A stretch of DNA of 64,000 bases from Chlamydiota bacterium. GTDB lineage: Bacteria > Auribacterota > Tritonobacteria > UBA1439. The notes below the pieces were generated by a model. It searched no databases, was not told where the DNA came from, and saw only the letters and a program-made list of their open reading frames with translations. How positions within the stretch are numbered: position 1 is the first letter of the stretch; every line of letters begins with the position of its first letter. Below are positions 36,060 to 47,081 of this stretch, one piece after another. The position numbers and the translations under genes are program-made. The DNA is taken from positions 25,964 to 89,963 of the forward strand of contig JAAYCL010000014.1 of NCBI GenBank assembly GCA_012729785.1, read 5' to 3'.

Positions 36060-36929
36060 CTACTTCTTGGCCTTCTTGTACCCCTTGACGAACTTCCTCG
36101 CCATCGACTCGGGGTCGTCGCCGTACTTGCAGATGCGGGAGTGCATCGTGTAGAGCGCCCAGTAGTCGAGCCCCGTGAGGTCCGACTGCGTGATCATCGG
36201 CATCACCTTCACGAGCTCCTCCCGGATCCTGGCGCGCACCGGGGCGATGTACGTGCCCGCGGGAACGCGCGCGGACGATCGGGCGGGCGCGGGGGTCGCC
36301 GAAGAGGCCTTCCGCGCCGCGGCGGCGGGCGCCGCGGCTGCGGGCGCCGTTCCCCGGCGCTTCGCCCGCGCGGCCTCGCGCGCGGCGCGCTCGCGCAGCT
36401 TGGCTGCCTGCGCCTTCGCGCGGGCGCGCTCCTTCGCGACGCGGGCGCGTTCCCGCGCGGCGAGCTCCCGCTTCTTCGCATCCATCTTTCTGTTCTCGAT
36501 CTCCTGGGCGCGCATCATACGCTCCTGTTCTTTTGCCGCCGCCTTCGGGGACAACGGCGGCGATTCCGGCACAACCGGCTTCACCGGCAGCGCCTTCGCC
36601 GGGTCGTACCCCTTGATGAGCTTCCTCGCGAGCGTCTCCGGGTCCGCGCCGCTCTTCACCACATCCTGGTGGATTGTGTAGAGCGCCCAGTAGTCGAGCT
36701 TCTTGATCAGCCTCGGGTCGACGTGGGGAAGGAGCGCGCAGACCGCGTCCTTGATATGCACCCGTCGAGGAGCGACGTAGGGGGGCGTTTCGACCGGGGG
36801 GGCGGGGAGGGGAACCGCCGCCGCCTTCTTCACGGCGCGTTTCTTCCGGACGACGCGTTGTGGTTTCCGGGCGCGCGGCGTCTTCTTCGTCCCCGCGGCC
36901 TTGCGGCCCCGTTTCTTTTTCTTCTTCAT
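36060..36929 (-). CDS. Lys/Arg/Ala-rich hypothetical protein with duplicated LDYWALYT domain
   Basis: GGAGGAGG RBS; two ~60-aa repeats separated by a charged helix. Confidence 0.85.
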   Translation of the reverse strand: MKKKKKRGRKAAGTKKTPRARKPQRVVRKKRAVKKAAAVPLPAPPVETPPYVAPRRVHIKDAVCALLPHVDPRLIKKLDYWALYTIHQDVVKSGADPETLARKLIKGYDPAKALPVKPVVPESPPLSPKAAAKEQERMMRAQEIENRKMDAKKRELAARERARVAKERARAKAQAAKLRERAAREAARAKRRGTAPAAAAPAAAARKASSATPAPARSSARVPAGTYIAPVRARIREELVKVMPMITQSDLTGLDYWALYTMHSRICKYGDDPESMARKFVKGYKKAKK

Positions 36930-36960
36930 CGTGCCTCCTCCTCCGGTTACCAAGCGCCAC

Positions 36961-36990
36961 AGTATAGCGGGACGGCCGCGAGGATGTCAA
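36961..36990 (-). promoter_or_regulatory. Near-consensus sigma70 promoter
   Basis: TTGACA-N18-TATACT on the minus strand upstream of the 36929 start. Confidence 0.65.
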
Positions 36991-37143
36991 CCGGCCCCGG
37001 GGAATAATTCAGGCCGCTTGTTGGGGCGGTGGGGGGCTCGCACGGCGCGGTTTTAGGGTGGCGGGGGGCTCACCTGTGTGGTAGATTGAATCTCCCTCGC
37101 GGTGAACCGCCGCGACAACCCGGATGGCGAGGAGGGGTCCCAG

Positions 37144-39468
37144 ATGGCGTACACCTACGTCGGCACGAACATCCCCAGGCCCGACGCCGCCGCCAAAGCG
37201 ACGGGACGGGTCCAGTTTCTCGACGATCTGCGTCTCCCCGGGCTGCTGCACATCGCCTTCCTTCGGCCCGACTGCGCGCACGCCAAGATCGTCTCGATCG
37301 ACACCTCCGAGGCGGAGAAGTGCCCGGGGGTGGTGGCGGTCGTCACCGGGCGCGACTGCAGATTCCGCTACGGCGAAAACATGAAGGACCGCCTCCCGCT
37401 CGCGGTGGACAAGGTCCGCTGGATCGGGGAGCCGGTTGCGGCCGTGGTGGCGGAGAAGCTCCACCAGGCCCGCGCCGCCGTCGCGAAGATCAAGGCGGTC
37501 TACGATCCGCTCCCGGTCTACATCGACGCCCGCGACGCCCTGAAGGAGGGGGCCGTTCTCATCCACGAGGAGGCCCCGACGTTCGTCCACCTCCCGGGGA
37601 TGGAGCCGGTTCCCGGCACCAACATCGCGACCCGCTACACCCTGAAGAAGGGCGACGTGGAGCAGGGGTTCCGGGAGTCGGAGGTCGTGCTGGAGGGGGA
37701 GTTCAACTACCCGTTTGGCTCCTCGGCCGCCATCGAGCCGCACGGCGCCATCGCGTGGTTCCACGAGGACAAGACGATCGAGATTTGGTCGTCCTCGATC
37801 TGCCCGTTCATCGTGCGCGAGGACGTCGCCCTCGTCTACGGGCTCCCGATCTGCGACGTGCGGGTGCACGTCCCCGAGGTGGGGGGCTGCTTCGGCTACA
37901 AGTCCGACGTGACCATCGAGCAGACGGTCGCCTACATCGCGAGCTTCGTGCCGGGACGCCCGGTGAAGTGGGTTGCGACCCGCCAGGAGGACCTCCTGAG
38001 CACGCTCATCGGGCACGGGATCAGGACGAGGATCAAGATCGGCGCCAAGAGGGACGGGACGCTGACCGCCCTGCAGACCACCATCCTCCATTCGACCGGC
38101 GCCTCGATGGACACCGGGATCCACGTGTTGATCGCGTCGACGCACAACTCCACCGGCGCCTACGAGTTTCCCCACTGCCGCCTCGAGGGGCTCGCGGTCT
38201 ACACCAACACGCCGCCCGTCGGGGCGTACCGCGGCTACGGCCACCAGGAGTCGCAGTTCGCGATGGAGCGGATGATGGACCGGCTGGCGCGGGCGCTGAA
38301 GATGGACCCGTTCGTTCTGCGGGAGAAGAACTACCTCGGCCCCGGCAAGGTGACCTCGCTCGGCGAGCGGCTCTGGGAGAGCAACGGGAACGTGAAGAAG
38401 TGCGCCGATGTCGTCCGGGGCATCGTCTTCTCGAAGCCGAAGACGATCGCCGAGGACGCGACGTACTGGTACGGCCGCGGCTTCGCCGCGTTGATGAAGT
38501 CGCCCAAGGGGGCGCCGTTCTCCTCGAAGTCGTGCTACCTGAAGTACAACAGCGACGGGAGCGTCTCGATCAACATGGGCGGCGCCGAGGTCGGGCAGGG
38601 CCTGCGGACGGTGGTGCGACAGGTGGCGGCCGAGGCGCTGAAGATCGCCCCCGAGCGCATTCGGGTCTACACTGAGATCGACACGCAGTTCTCGCCGTGG
38701 GAGTGGCAGACGATCGGGTCGATGTTCACGATCCAGGGGGGGAGGGCGATCCTGAGGGCGTGTGAGAAGGCGGTCGCGCAGCTCAAGAAGACCGCCGCCC
38801 AGGTCCTCCGGGTGGACGAGGACCGGCTGGTCCACGACGGCGACTGGATCTATCTGAACCACGATCCCGGTGTCCGCGTCGAGGTGGCGAAGCTCGCCCG
38901 CGGCTACACCTATGACGACGGCGTGACGGTGGGCGAGGTGGTCCACGCCACCGCCGACGCGCGCCTCCCCCGGCAGTCGAACCCGAACGCCTGCGGGCAG
39001 GGCACGATGGGGATCACCTACACCTTCGGGGCGCAGGCGTGCGAGATCCGGATCGAGAAGGCGACGGGGAAAATCATCGTCGACCATTTCGTCTCATGTT
39101 TCGACGTCGGACAGGTGATCAATCCCCGGCAGATCAGGGGCCAGGTCGCCGGCGGGGTGATGATGGCGATCGGCGCCACGCTCTGCGAGGAGCTCAGATT
39201 CACCCCCGACGGCAAGGCCGTCAACCCGCACTTCTCGAAATACCGGTTCCCCACGATCAAGGACGCGCCGAAAAAACAGACGATCGAGTTCGTGGAGACC
39301 CCCGAGGCGATCGGGCCGTTCGGCGCGCGGGGGATCGGCGAGCACCCCGTGATCGGCGTCGCGCCGTCGATCCTCAACGCGGTCTACGACGCAATCGGGG
39401 TCGAGTTCAGCGAGATCCCCCTGACGCCGGAGAAGATCAAGAAGGCCATCGAGGAGAAGGGAAACTAG
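37144..39468 (+). CDS. Xanthine dehydrogenase-family molybdopterin-binding subunit
   Basis: KATGRVQF, GGCFGYK, AYRGYG, EVGQG, GQVAGG, GPFGARGIGE. Confidence 0.93.
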   Translation: MAYTYVGTNIPRPDAAAKATGRVQFLDDLRLPGLLHIAFLRPDCAHAKIVSIDTSEAEKCPGVVAVVTGRDCRFRYGENMKDRLPLAVDKVRWIGEPVAAVVAEKLHQARAAVAKIKAVYDPLPVYIDARDALKEGAVLIHEEAPTFVHLPGMEPVPGTNIATRYTLKKGDVEQGFRESEVVLEGEFNYPFGSSAAIEPHGAIAWFHEDKTIEIWSSSICPFIVREDVALVYGLPICDVRVHVPEVGGCFGYKSDVTIEQTVAYIASFVPGRPVKWVATRQEDLLSTLIGHGIRTRIKIGAKRDGTLTALQTTILHSTGASMDTGIHVLIASTHNSTGAYEFPHCRLEGLAVYTNTPPVGAYRGYGHQESQFAMERMMDRLARALKMDPFVLREKNYLGPGKVTSLGERLWESNGNVKKCADVVRGIVFSKPKTIAEDATYWYGRGFAALMKSPKGAPFSSKSCYLKYNSDGSVSINMGGAEVGQGLRTVVRQVAAEALKIAPERIRVYTEIDTQFSPWEWQTIGSMFTIQGGRAILRACEKAVAQLKKTAAQVLRVDEDRLVHDGDWIYLNHDPGVRVEVAKLARGYTYDDGVTVGEVVHATADARLPRQSNPNACGQGTMGITYTFGAQACEIRIEKATGKIIVDHFVSCFDVGQVINPRQIRGQVAGGVMMAIGATLCEELRFTPDGKAVNPHFSKYRFPTIKDAPKKQTIEFVETPEAIGPFGARGIGEHPVIGVAPSILNAVYDAIGVEFSEIPLTPEKIKKAIEEKGN

Positions 39469-39470
39469 CC

Positions 39471-39950
39471 ATGGCAGAGAGGATATCCTTCACCGTCAAC
39501 GGCGCGGCGCGGAGCGTGGAGCTCGAGGGGTGGGAGAAGGCGATCGATGTCCTTCGCGAGACGCTCGGCCTTACCGGGACGAAACGCGGCTGCGACGACG
39601 CCTCCTGCGGCGCCTGCACGATCGTCGTCGACGGTGTCGCGAAAAAGAGCTGCGTCTTGCCGGCGAAGAGGCTCGACGGGACGACCGTGCTCACGATCGA
39701 GGGGATGGCGCGCGGGACGACGCTCCACCCGATACAGGAGGCGCTCATCGAGGCGGGGGCGGTGCAGTGCGGCTACTGCATCCCCGGGATCGTGATGACG
39801 CTGCACGCCCTCTTCACGGCCACGCCGGCGGCGGCCGAGGAGAAGATCGTCGAGGCGCTCTCCAGGCACCTCTGCCGCTGCACCGGCTACGAGGCGCTCC
39901 TCGAGGGGGCGAGACTCGCGCAGAACAAGCTCGCCGGGACCGAAGGTTGA
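39471..39950 (+). CDS. [2Fe-2S]-binding small subunit (CoxS-like)
   Basis: GTKRGCDDASCGACT, QCGYCIPG, LCRCTGY. Confidence 0.93.
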   Translation: MAERISFTVNGAARSVELEGWEKAIDVLRETLGLTGTKRGCDDASCGACTIVVDGVAKKSCVLPAKRLDGTTVLTIEGMARGTTLHPIQEALIEAGAVQCGYCIPGIVMTLHALFTATPAAAEEKIVEALSRHLCRCTGYEALLEGARLAQNKLAGTEG

Positions 39951-40003
39951 CCGTGCCGAAGACGCGGGGCCGTTTGGCGGGAGAGGCTCAGGGGGGGACG
40001 CCG

Positions 40004-40687
40004 ATGGGAACGCGGGCCCGGCGCGCGCGGCCGTCGCCGGTCGCGGTCCTGTTCTCGGGGGGGACGGACTCGACCGCCGTGGCGGTCCATCTCCTCCGGC
40101 GGGGGCGCGCGACGCGCCTCCTCACATTCGACAACGGCGCGGAGAAGTGGCTCGAGCTCGCCGGGTACAAGGCGGGCTTCATCCAGAGGCGGTTTCCGGG
40201 CCTCTGCACATGGGAGCTCCTCGACTCCACCGCCCTGTTCCGCGATCTCGCCGTCGTGCCGATGGTTGAGGACGTGAAGCGCTTTGGCGGGGGCGGGAAC
40301 CTCGTCTGCTGCGGCTGCAAGCTCGCGATGCTCTGCAAGACGATCGTCTACTGCAGGCGACACGGGATCCGGGAGATCGCGGACGGGTTCCAGAAGGGGC
40401 AGGACTACTACCCGGAACAGACGCAGGACTACATCGCGCCCGCGGACCGCTTCGCGCGCGCCTACGGGATCCGGTATCTCCACCCGTTCTGGGAGCGGCC
40501 CGAGCTGAAGCAGGATGCGATCGTGCTGGAGGGCGCCGTGCCCCCCGCCCCGATACAGCCCTGGTGTCTCTTCGGCTGCAACCCGATCCTCGACAAGACG
40601 TCCATCGGCCCCTACGTCGAGAGCAAGCTTCCCCGGATGCGGGCCTACGTCGACGCCGCGCTCCGGCAAAAGAAGAAGAGGGGCTGA
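40004..40687 (+). CDS. PP-loop adenine nucleotide alpha-hydrolase (QueC/ThiI-like superfamily)
   Basis: VAVLFSGGTDST PP-loop; CCGCKLAM; QPWCLFG. Confidence 0.7.
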   Translation: MGTRARRARPSPVAVLFSGGTDSTAVAVHLLRRGRATRLLTFDNGAEKWLELAGYKAGFIQRRFPGLCTWELLDSTALFRDLAVVPMVEDVKRFGGGGNLVCCGCKLAMLCKTIVYCRRHGIREIADGFQKGQDYYPEQTQDYIAPADRFARAYGIRYLHPFWERPELKQDAIVLEGAVPPAPIQPWCLFGCNPILDKTSIGPYVESKLPRMRAYVDAALRQKKKRG

Positions 40688-40794
40688 GGCCCCATCGCGC
40701 CCCGCCTGGCGGTCCCCTCGGAATCTACGGGAGGCGACGGCTTGTTCCCGCGCCGGGCCGGCGGGGCGCGGCGGATCCTCGCCGGGAGGGGGCG

Positions 40795-41229
40795 ATGAGG
40801 GAAGAGGGCACGGTGCTCGCGCTCGACGGCGACACGGCGCGGGTGCGCATCGCCCGCCGCGGCGCCTGCGGCGGTTGCCGCGTCTGCGCGGCGATCGGGC
40901 CCGGGGGGATGGTGATCGAGGCGCTGAACTCCGCGGGGGCGAAGGTCGGCGACAGGGTGAGGGTCGAGGCGGCGGGGCCGGATCCGCTGCGCGCGGCCCT
41001 CCTGGTGTACGGTCTGCCGCTTGCGCTCCTCGTCGCGGGCTGCCTCGGCGGAACCGCCTTGACCGGCTCCCAGACCGCCGGGATGGGCGTCGGATTCGCC
41101 GCCTTCCTCCTCGCCTACGGAGCCCTGCACCGCTACGACAGGCGGATGCGGAAAACAGGCGCCTGCGCGGCGACGGTCGTGGAACGGATAACAGACGGAG
41201 GCAAGAGTGCCGACGGCATCTGCGGGTGA
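40795..41229 (+). CDS. SoxR reducing system RseC family protein
   Basis: MREEGTV, ACGGCRVC, GAKVGDRV, YGLPL plus two TMs. Confidence 0.85.
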   Translation: MREEGTVLALDGDTARVRIARRGACGGCRVCAAIGPGGMVIEALNSAGAKVGDRVRVEAAGPDPLRAALLVYGLPLALLVAGCLGGTALTGSQTAGMGVGFAAFLLAYGALHRYDRRMRKTGACAATVVERITDGGKSADGICG

Positions 41230-41254
41230 GGAGGGCGGAAGGGGCGTGAAGAAT

Positions 41255-42067
41255 ATGAAAGGCCTGAAAGGGCTCGACGATGTGGCGATTTCGCGCATCA
41301 TCGTCGAGGAGTACACGAAAGAGTTTTTGGCGCACCTCGACTGCGACGCGGCGGTCGTCGGCGCGGGGCCGTCGGGGCTCGTCGCCGCGCAGTACCTGGC
41401 GCGGGGGGGGATGAAGGTCGCCGTCTACGAGCGGCGGTTGTCGGTGGGCGGCGGGATGTGGGGCGGCGGCATGATGTGCGGCCGCTGCGTCTTCCAGGAG
41501 GCCTCCCTGCCGATTCTCCGCGAGGCCGGCGTGCGCGTCAAGGACCGCGGGGACGGCTACTACACGACCGACTCGATCGAGACGGTGGCCTGTCTCTGCG
41601 CGACGGCGGTGAAGGCGGGGGCGCGGATATTCAACCTGCTCTCGGCGGAGGACGTGATGATCCGCGGCGCGCGCGTGACCGGCGTGGTGCTCCAGTGGAC
41701 CGCGGTGGAGGCGGCGCGGCTCCACGTCGACCCGCTGACCGCCGGCGCCAGATTTGTGGTGGACGCGACCGGCCACGCCGCGGAGATCGCCAACATCATC
41801 GTCCGCAAGATCGGGAAAAAGCTTCTGACGGAGACCGGCGACCTCCTCGGCGAGAAGCCGATGTGGGCGGAGCGTGGGGAGAGGACGATCGTCGCGCACA
41901 CGAAGGAGATCTATCCCGGCGTCCAGGTGGCCGGGATGGCGGCCAACGCAGTTTTCGGCGGCCCCCGGATGGGGCCGATCTTCGGCGGGATGCTCCTCTC
42001 GGGGAAACTGGCGGCGGAACGGATCCTCTCCGCAAGCGGCAGAAAACAGTTGCCGCGTCCCCGCTGA
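41255..42067 (+). CDS. thi4: Sulfide-dependent ADP-thiazole synthase (Thi4 family)
   Basis: VVGAGPSGL, GGGMWGGG, LHVDPL, PRMGPIFGGMLLSG. Confidence 0.93.
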   Translation: MKGLKGLDDVAISRIIVEEYTKEFLAHLDCDAAVVGAGPSGLVAAQYLARGGMKVAVYERRLSVGGGMWGGGMMCGRCVFQEASLPILREAGVRVKDRGDGYYTTDSIETVACLCATAVKAGARIFNLLSAEDVMIRGARVTGVVLQWTAVEAARLHVDPLTAGARFVVDATGHAAEIANIIVRKIGKKLLTETGDLLGEKPMWAERGERTIVAHTKEIYPGVQVAGMAANAVFGGPRMGPIFGGMLLSGKLAAERILSASGRKQLPRPR

Positions 42068-42109
42068 AGCCCTATACTGAAACCGACAAGGTTTAAGAAG
42101 GAGGGTACG

Positions 42110-42283
42110 ATGAGGAAGCTCGTCTGCGCGGCGATGGCGATCGCGCTGGGTACCGCGCTCCTCGGGTGCAAGGAGCCGCCGCCGGAGGAAAAGGCGGCGA
42201 ACGCGCTCAACAAGATGGTCGACTCGGCCAAACAGGCGGTCGACGACGCCAACAAAGCCGTCCAGGACGCCGTCAACAAGTAG
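42110..42283 (+). CDS. Small lipoprotein (57 aa, absent from ORF track)
   Basis: AAGGAGG RBS; MRKLVCAAMAIALGTALLGC then amphipathic helix KEPPPEEKAANALNKMVDSAKQAVDDANKAVQDAVNK. Confidence 0.75.
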   Translation: MRKLVCAAMAIALGTALLGCKEPPPEEKAANALNKMVDSAKQAVDDANKAVQDAVNK

Positions 42284-42437
42284 TTCCGGCGGCACGAGGC
42301 GCGACGCGCCCGGCGGCGGTGGGGGGCACCGCCGCCGGGCATTTTTCTTGTTTCGGTTCCGTTGCCTCCGGGCGGCGCACGTAGTACCCTATCGGGTGGA
42401 AGGCCCGCGATGCCGCGGCCTTCGGGAGGGGGGAGGG

Positions 42438-42920
42438 ATGACCGTTCGACACCGGATCTGCGTGACCGCCGTCCTCCTCTGCGCGGCGTGCGTCTGCGCC
42501 GCGGCGGAGTGCCGGGGGGAGGAGCGGAAGCCGCTCTGCATCAATCCCTCGCCGCTGGTCGCGGGGCGGCGGTTCCAGTTCGACGTCGCCCTGCGGGCGC
42601 CGGTCTCCGTGCCGTTCGATGTCTACTGCTTCGCGAAAACCACCTACGGGAACTTCTCCCTGAGCTTCGACGGGTACGTCGGGTATATCGGCAACGGATG
42701 GCAGCCCGTCTACAGGGCCGTCTGGGGCCGGGAGTTCCCGTACTCGGCGCGCGTGCGGCCGAACGTGGTCATCCCCGCGGATATGCGGCACAACTACATC
42801 ACCTTCTACCTGTTCCTCGCGCAGTACGATGCGTGGATCCCGGCCACCTTCCTCGAGGAGCTGGGCCCCCACACCGCCAATATCATCTTCTTCGACTCCG
42901 TGAAGCTCCGCGTGAAGTAG
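42438..42920 (+). CDS. Secreted hypothetical beta-rich protein
   Basis: GGAGG RBS, signal peptide; resembles the C-terminal domain of 18833..20338. Confidence 0.7.
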   Translation: MTVRHRICVTAVLLCAACVCAAAECRGEERKPLCINPSPLVAGRRFQFDVALRAPVSVPFDVYCFAKTTYGNFSLSFDGYVGYIGNGWQPVYRAVWGREFPYSARVRPNVVIPADMRHNYITFYLFLAQYDAWIPATFLEELGPHTANIIFFDSVKLRVK

Positions 42921-42938
42921 AAAGGCGCAGGCCGCCCG

Positions 42939-43349
42939 ATGCAGATGAAGCCGGATCTCGTCTACTCGGTCCTCTGCGACGACGTGCGCCAGGAGATCAA
43001 CGGAAAGTTCATCTTCCTCGGCGTCTTCCAGAACATCTGGGTGAAGGGCCTGCCCGCCGTGCACCACCGCCTCTGCATCGCCAACTCCTGGTACAACGGC
43101 ATCGGCGAGTTCCACGCCCGCTCCGCGGTCGTCGCCCCCGACAAGAAGACCCGCGTGGTCGAGAGCGTCCCGGTCAAGATCGTCCTCACGGAGGAGAACC
43201 GCGGTTCGATCGTGGTGAACTTCTTCCAGAACATCCGCTTCGCGGAGGAGGGGCTGTACTGGGTGGAGGTGAGCCTCGAGGGGACGCTCGTGACCCGCTA
43301 CCCGTTCCGGGTTGCGCGCGCGCCGCAGAGGCCGCCAGCCGGCCCCTAG
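42939..43349 (+). CDS. DUF6941-like protein
   Basis: LCDDVRQEINGKFIFLGVF...F...GLYWVEV. Confidence 0.7.
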   Translation: MQMKPDLVYSVLCDDVRQEINGKFIFLGVFQNIWVKGLPAVHHRLCIANSWYNGIGEFHARSAVVAPDKKTRVVESVPVKIVLTEENRGSIVVNFFQNIRFAEEGLYWVEVSLEGTLVTRYPFRVARAPQRPPAGP

Positions 43350-43358
43350 CCCGCAGGT

Positions 43359-43763
43359 ATGCCCGCGCTCCGACTGAGCGACGACCGGTGGTGTTTCGCC
43401 TGCGGGGAGAAGAACCCCGCGGGGCTCAAGCTTGTTTTCTCCGCCGCCCCCGACGGCGCGCTCCGCGCCTCGTTCTCCTTCCGCAAGGAACATCAGGGGT
43501 ACGAGGGGATCGTCCACGGCGGCCTGATCGGCCTCGTGTTGGACGAGATCATGCTGAACCTCGCCTGGCGGATGGGCCTGCGCGCGGTCACCGCCGCGCT
43601 CGACCTCCGGTTCAGGGAGGCCGTCCGGGTGGGGGAGCGGGTGGAGTTCACCGGGCGGATCACGGGGCGGAAGGGGAGGCTCGTGCTCGCGGAGGCGGAG
43701 GCGCGCTCCCCGGACGGCGCCCTGGTCGCCGAGGCGAAGGCCAAGTGCCTCCTGGTGGACTGA
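43359..43763 (+). CDS. PaaI-family thioesterase
   Basis: CFACGEKNPAGL, HQGYEGIVHGG, LDE. Confidence 0.9.
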   Translation: MPALRLSDDRWCFACGEKNPAGLKLVFSAAPDGALRASFSFRKEHQGYEGIVHGGLIGLVLDEIMLNLAWRMGLRAVTAALDLRFREAVRVGERVEFTGRITGRKGRLVLAEAEARSPDGALVAEAKAKCLLVD

Positions 43764-43783
43764 TCCGCGGCGGGGGGACGGGG

Positions 43784-45408
<1,625 letters not shown>

Positions 45409-45415
<7 letters not shown>

Positions 45416-46806
45416 GCGGCCGCACGGGCGCGATGGTAGGAGGCCCGGGTGCGGTCCTTCAGCGCACGGTAGGCGCGGCTCAGCAGCTCGTGGCAGCGCG
45501 CCTGCTCCTCCCGGTACTTCGGATTGGCGTTCTGGAGCGCCCGCTCCCCGATCTCGACCGCGCCGCGCGGGTCCCGCCGCCGCATCCTGATCTCGCACTT
45601 TCCCGCGAGGGCGCGGGTGTTGCCGGGGTAGAGGCGGAGGAGTTGATCGAGGAACGCGTCCGCGGCGTCGAGGTCCCCGCCCCCGAGCGACTTCTCCGCG
45701 AGCGTGATCAGGGCGGTGTAGGTGTCGGGCCCCGCCTTGAGCGCCCGCGCGAGCACGCCGTGCCGCGCCGCCTCCGCGGGCACCCCGAGCTTTTTGCAGG
45801 CGGCCTCGAGGACCTCGTGCCCGTGGGCAAGCTCGAATGCGAAGTAGGACGGGGTGCGCAGCAGCGCCTCCTCGCAGATGCGCCGCGCGGTCGAGGCATC
45901 CCCGCGCCGCAGCGCGAGCTCGGCGCGCCCGATGGCGACGCGCGAATTGCCCGCGTACCGCGCCCCGAGCGCGTCCAGTTCCGTCTCGGCATCGGCGAGG
46001 CGGCCCTGGCGCAGGTAGAGCTCGGCGAGGCTTGCCGCCCCCTGGAAGGTGCCGCGGACCTTCCGGAAGCAGTCCGCGGCCTCTGACAACCGGCCGGATT
46101 CCGCAAGGGCCCAGCCGAGCATCCCGATCAGGTCGGCGTCGTCGGCCTTGAAACCGAGCGCCTTTTTGTAGAAGCGCGCCGCGCGCCGCCAGTCCTGTCT
46201 CTTGGCGTACAGCCGGCCGAGGTCCTTGCACCTCCGGTAGCTCGGCCCGAAACGGCTGATCGCCTCGGAGAGGTTCGCGATGCCGCGGGGGAAATCCCCC
46301 AGCTTCTCCACGAGGAGGAAGTGGAGCCGCTCGTGGCTCCGCTCCTTCAGGGCGCTGCCGCGCGGGATGCCGCGATAGAGGCGCACCGCCTGCTCGAACA
46401 TCCCGCGGTCGCGGTAGATGCGGTCGATCCTTTCGTACGGCGCCGGGTCGTCGGGGTCGGCGGCGATGAGCCTTTTGTAGAGGCGGATCGCGCGGGGGGC
46501 CTTGCCCGCCTCGCAGTAGGTCCTGGCGAGGTGGCTCAGCAGGTCGCGGTCCCCGGGGTTTCGGGCGAGGGCCTTCCTGAGCACGGCAGCGGCCGCGGCG
46601 TGACAGTTGTCGGCCCGCATCAGGGCCGCGAGCGCCTTGACGTTGGAGAGCTGCTGCGGCCGTTCGCGGACGAGGTCGTAGAGACGTCTTTTCTCGGGGG
46701 TGTCGACGTCCTCCGGGACGGCGGCGGCGCGGGATCGGGCGTCAGGCGCCTGCCGCGGCCGGCGAGGGGGAGTCTTTTTTCGAGTCCTTCTTGGTGCCGC
46801 TGGCAT
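45409..46806 (-). CDS. Tetratricopeptide repeat protein (start uncertain)
   Basis: Repeated helical TPR-like units (A...Y..AL...P). Confidence 0.8.
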
Positions 46807-47017
46807 CCTTCTCCTTTTTCTCCGCGGCCCGATACCCGTGGCTTCGGTAGTCGGTCGCGTAGAAACCGTGGCCCTTGAAGATGATGCCGGCGCCCGCGCC
46901 GATGAGACGTTTCACGGCGGCGCCGCAGCGGGGGCACGCCTTCAACGGTTTCGCGGTGATCCGCTGAAACCGGTCGAAGCGTCCACACTTTCGGCACTCG
47001 TACTCGTAGGTTGGCAT
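46742..47017 (-). CDS. FmdB-family zinc ribbon protein
   Basis: MPTYEYECRKCG...CPRCG...GIIFKGHGFYATDY. Confidence 0.92.
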   Translation of the reverse strand: MPTYEYECRKCGRFDRFQRITAKPLKACPRCGAAVKRLIGAGAGIIFKGHGFYATDYRSHGYRAAEKKEKDASGTKKDSKKDSPSPAAAGA

Positions 47018-47081
47018 CGTCTGCAGTCCCCCGCGCGGCCCTCCCCGAAGGGGGGGCGGTGGCCCTTCTCCGTGCCGCAGG

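Noticed and set aside
37009-42295. Long antisense ORFs (e.g. 37009..39087, 39887..42295; also 59832..62453)
   Set aside because: Shadow ORFs expected from high GC3 opposite well-supported genes; Arg/Pro/Gly-rich with no motifs.
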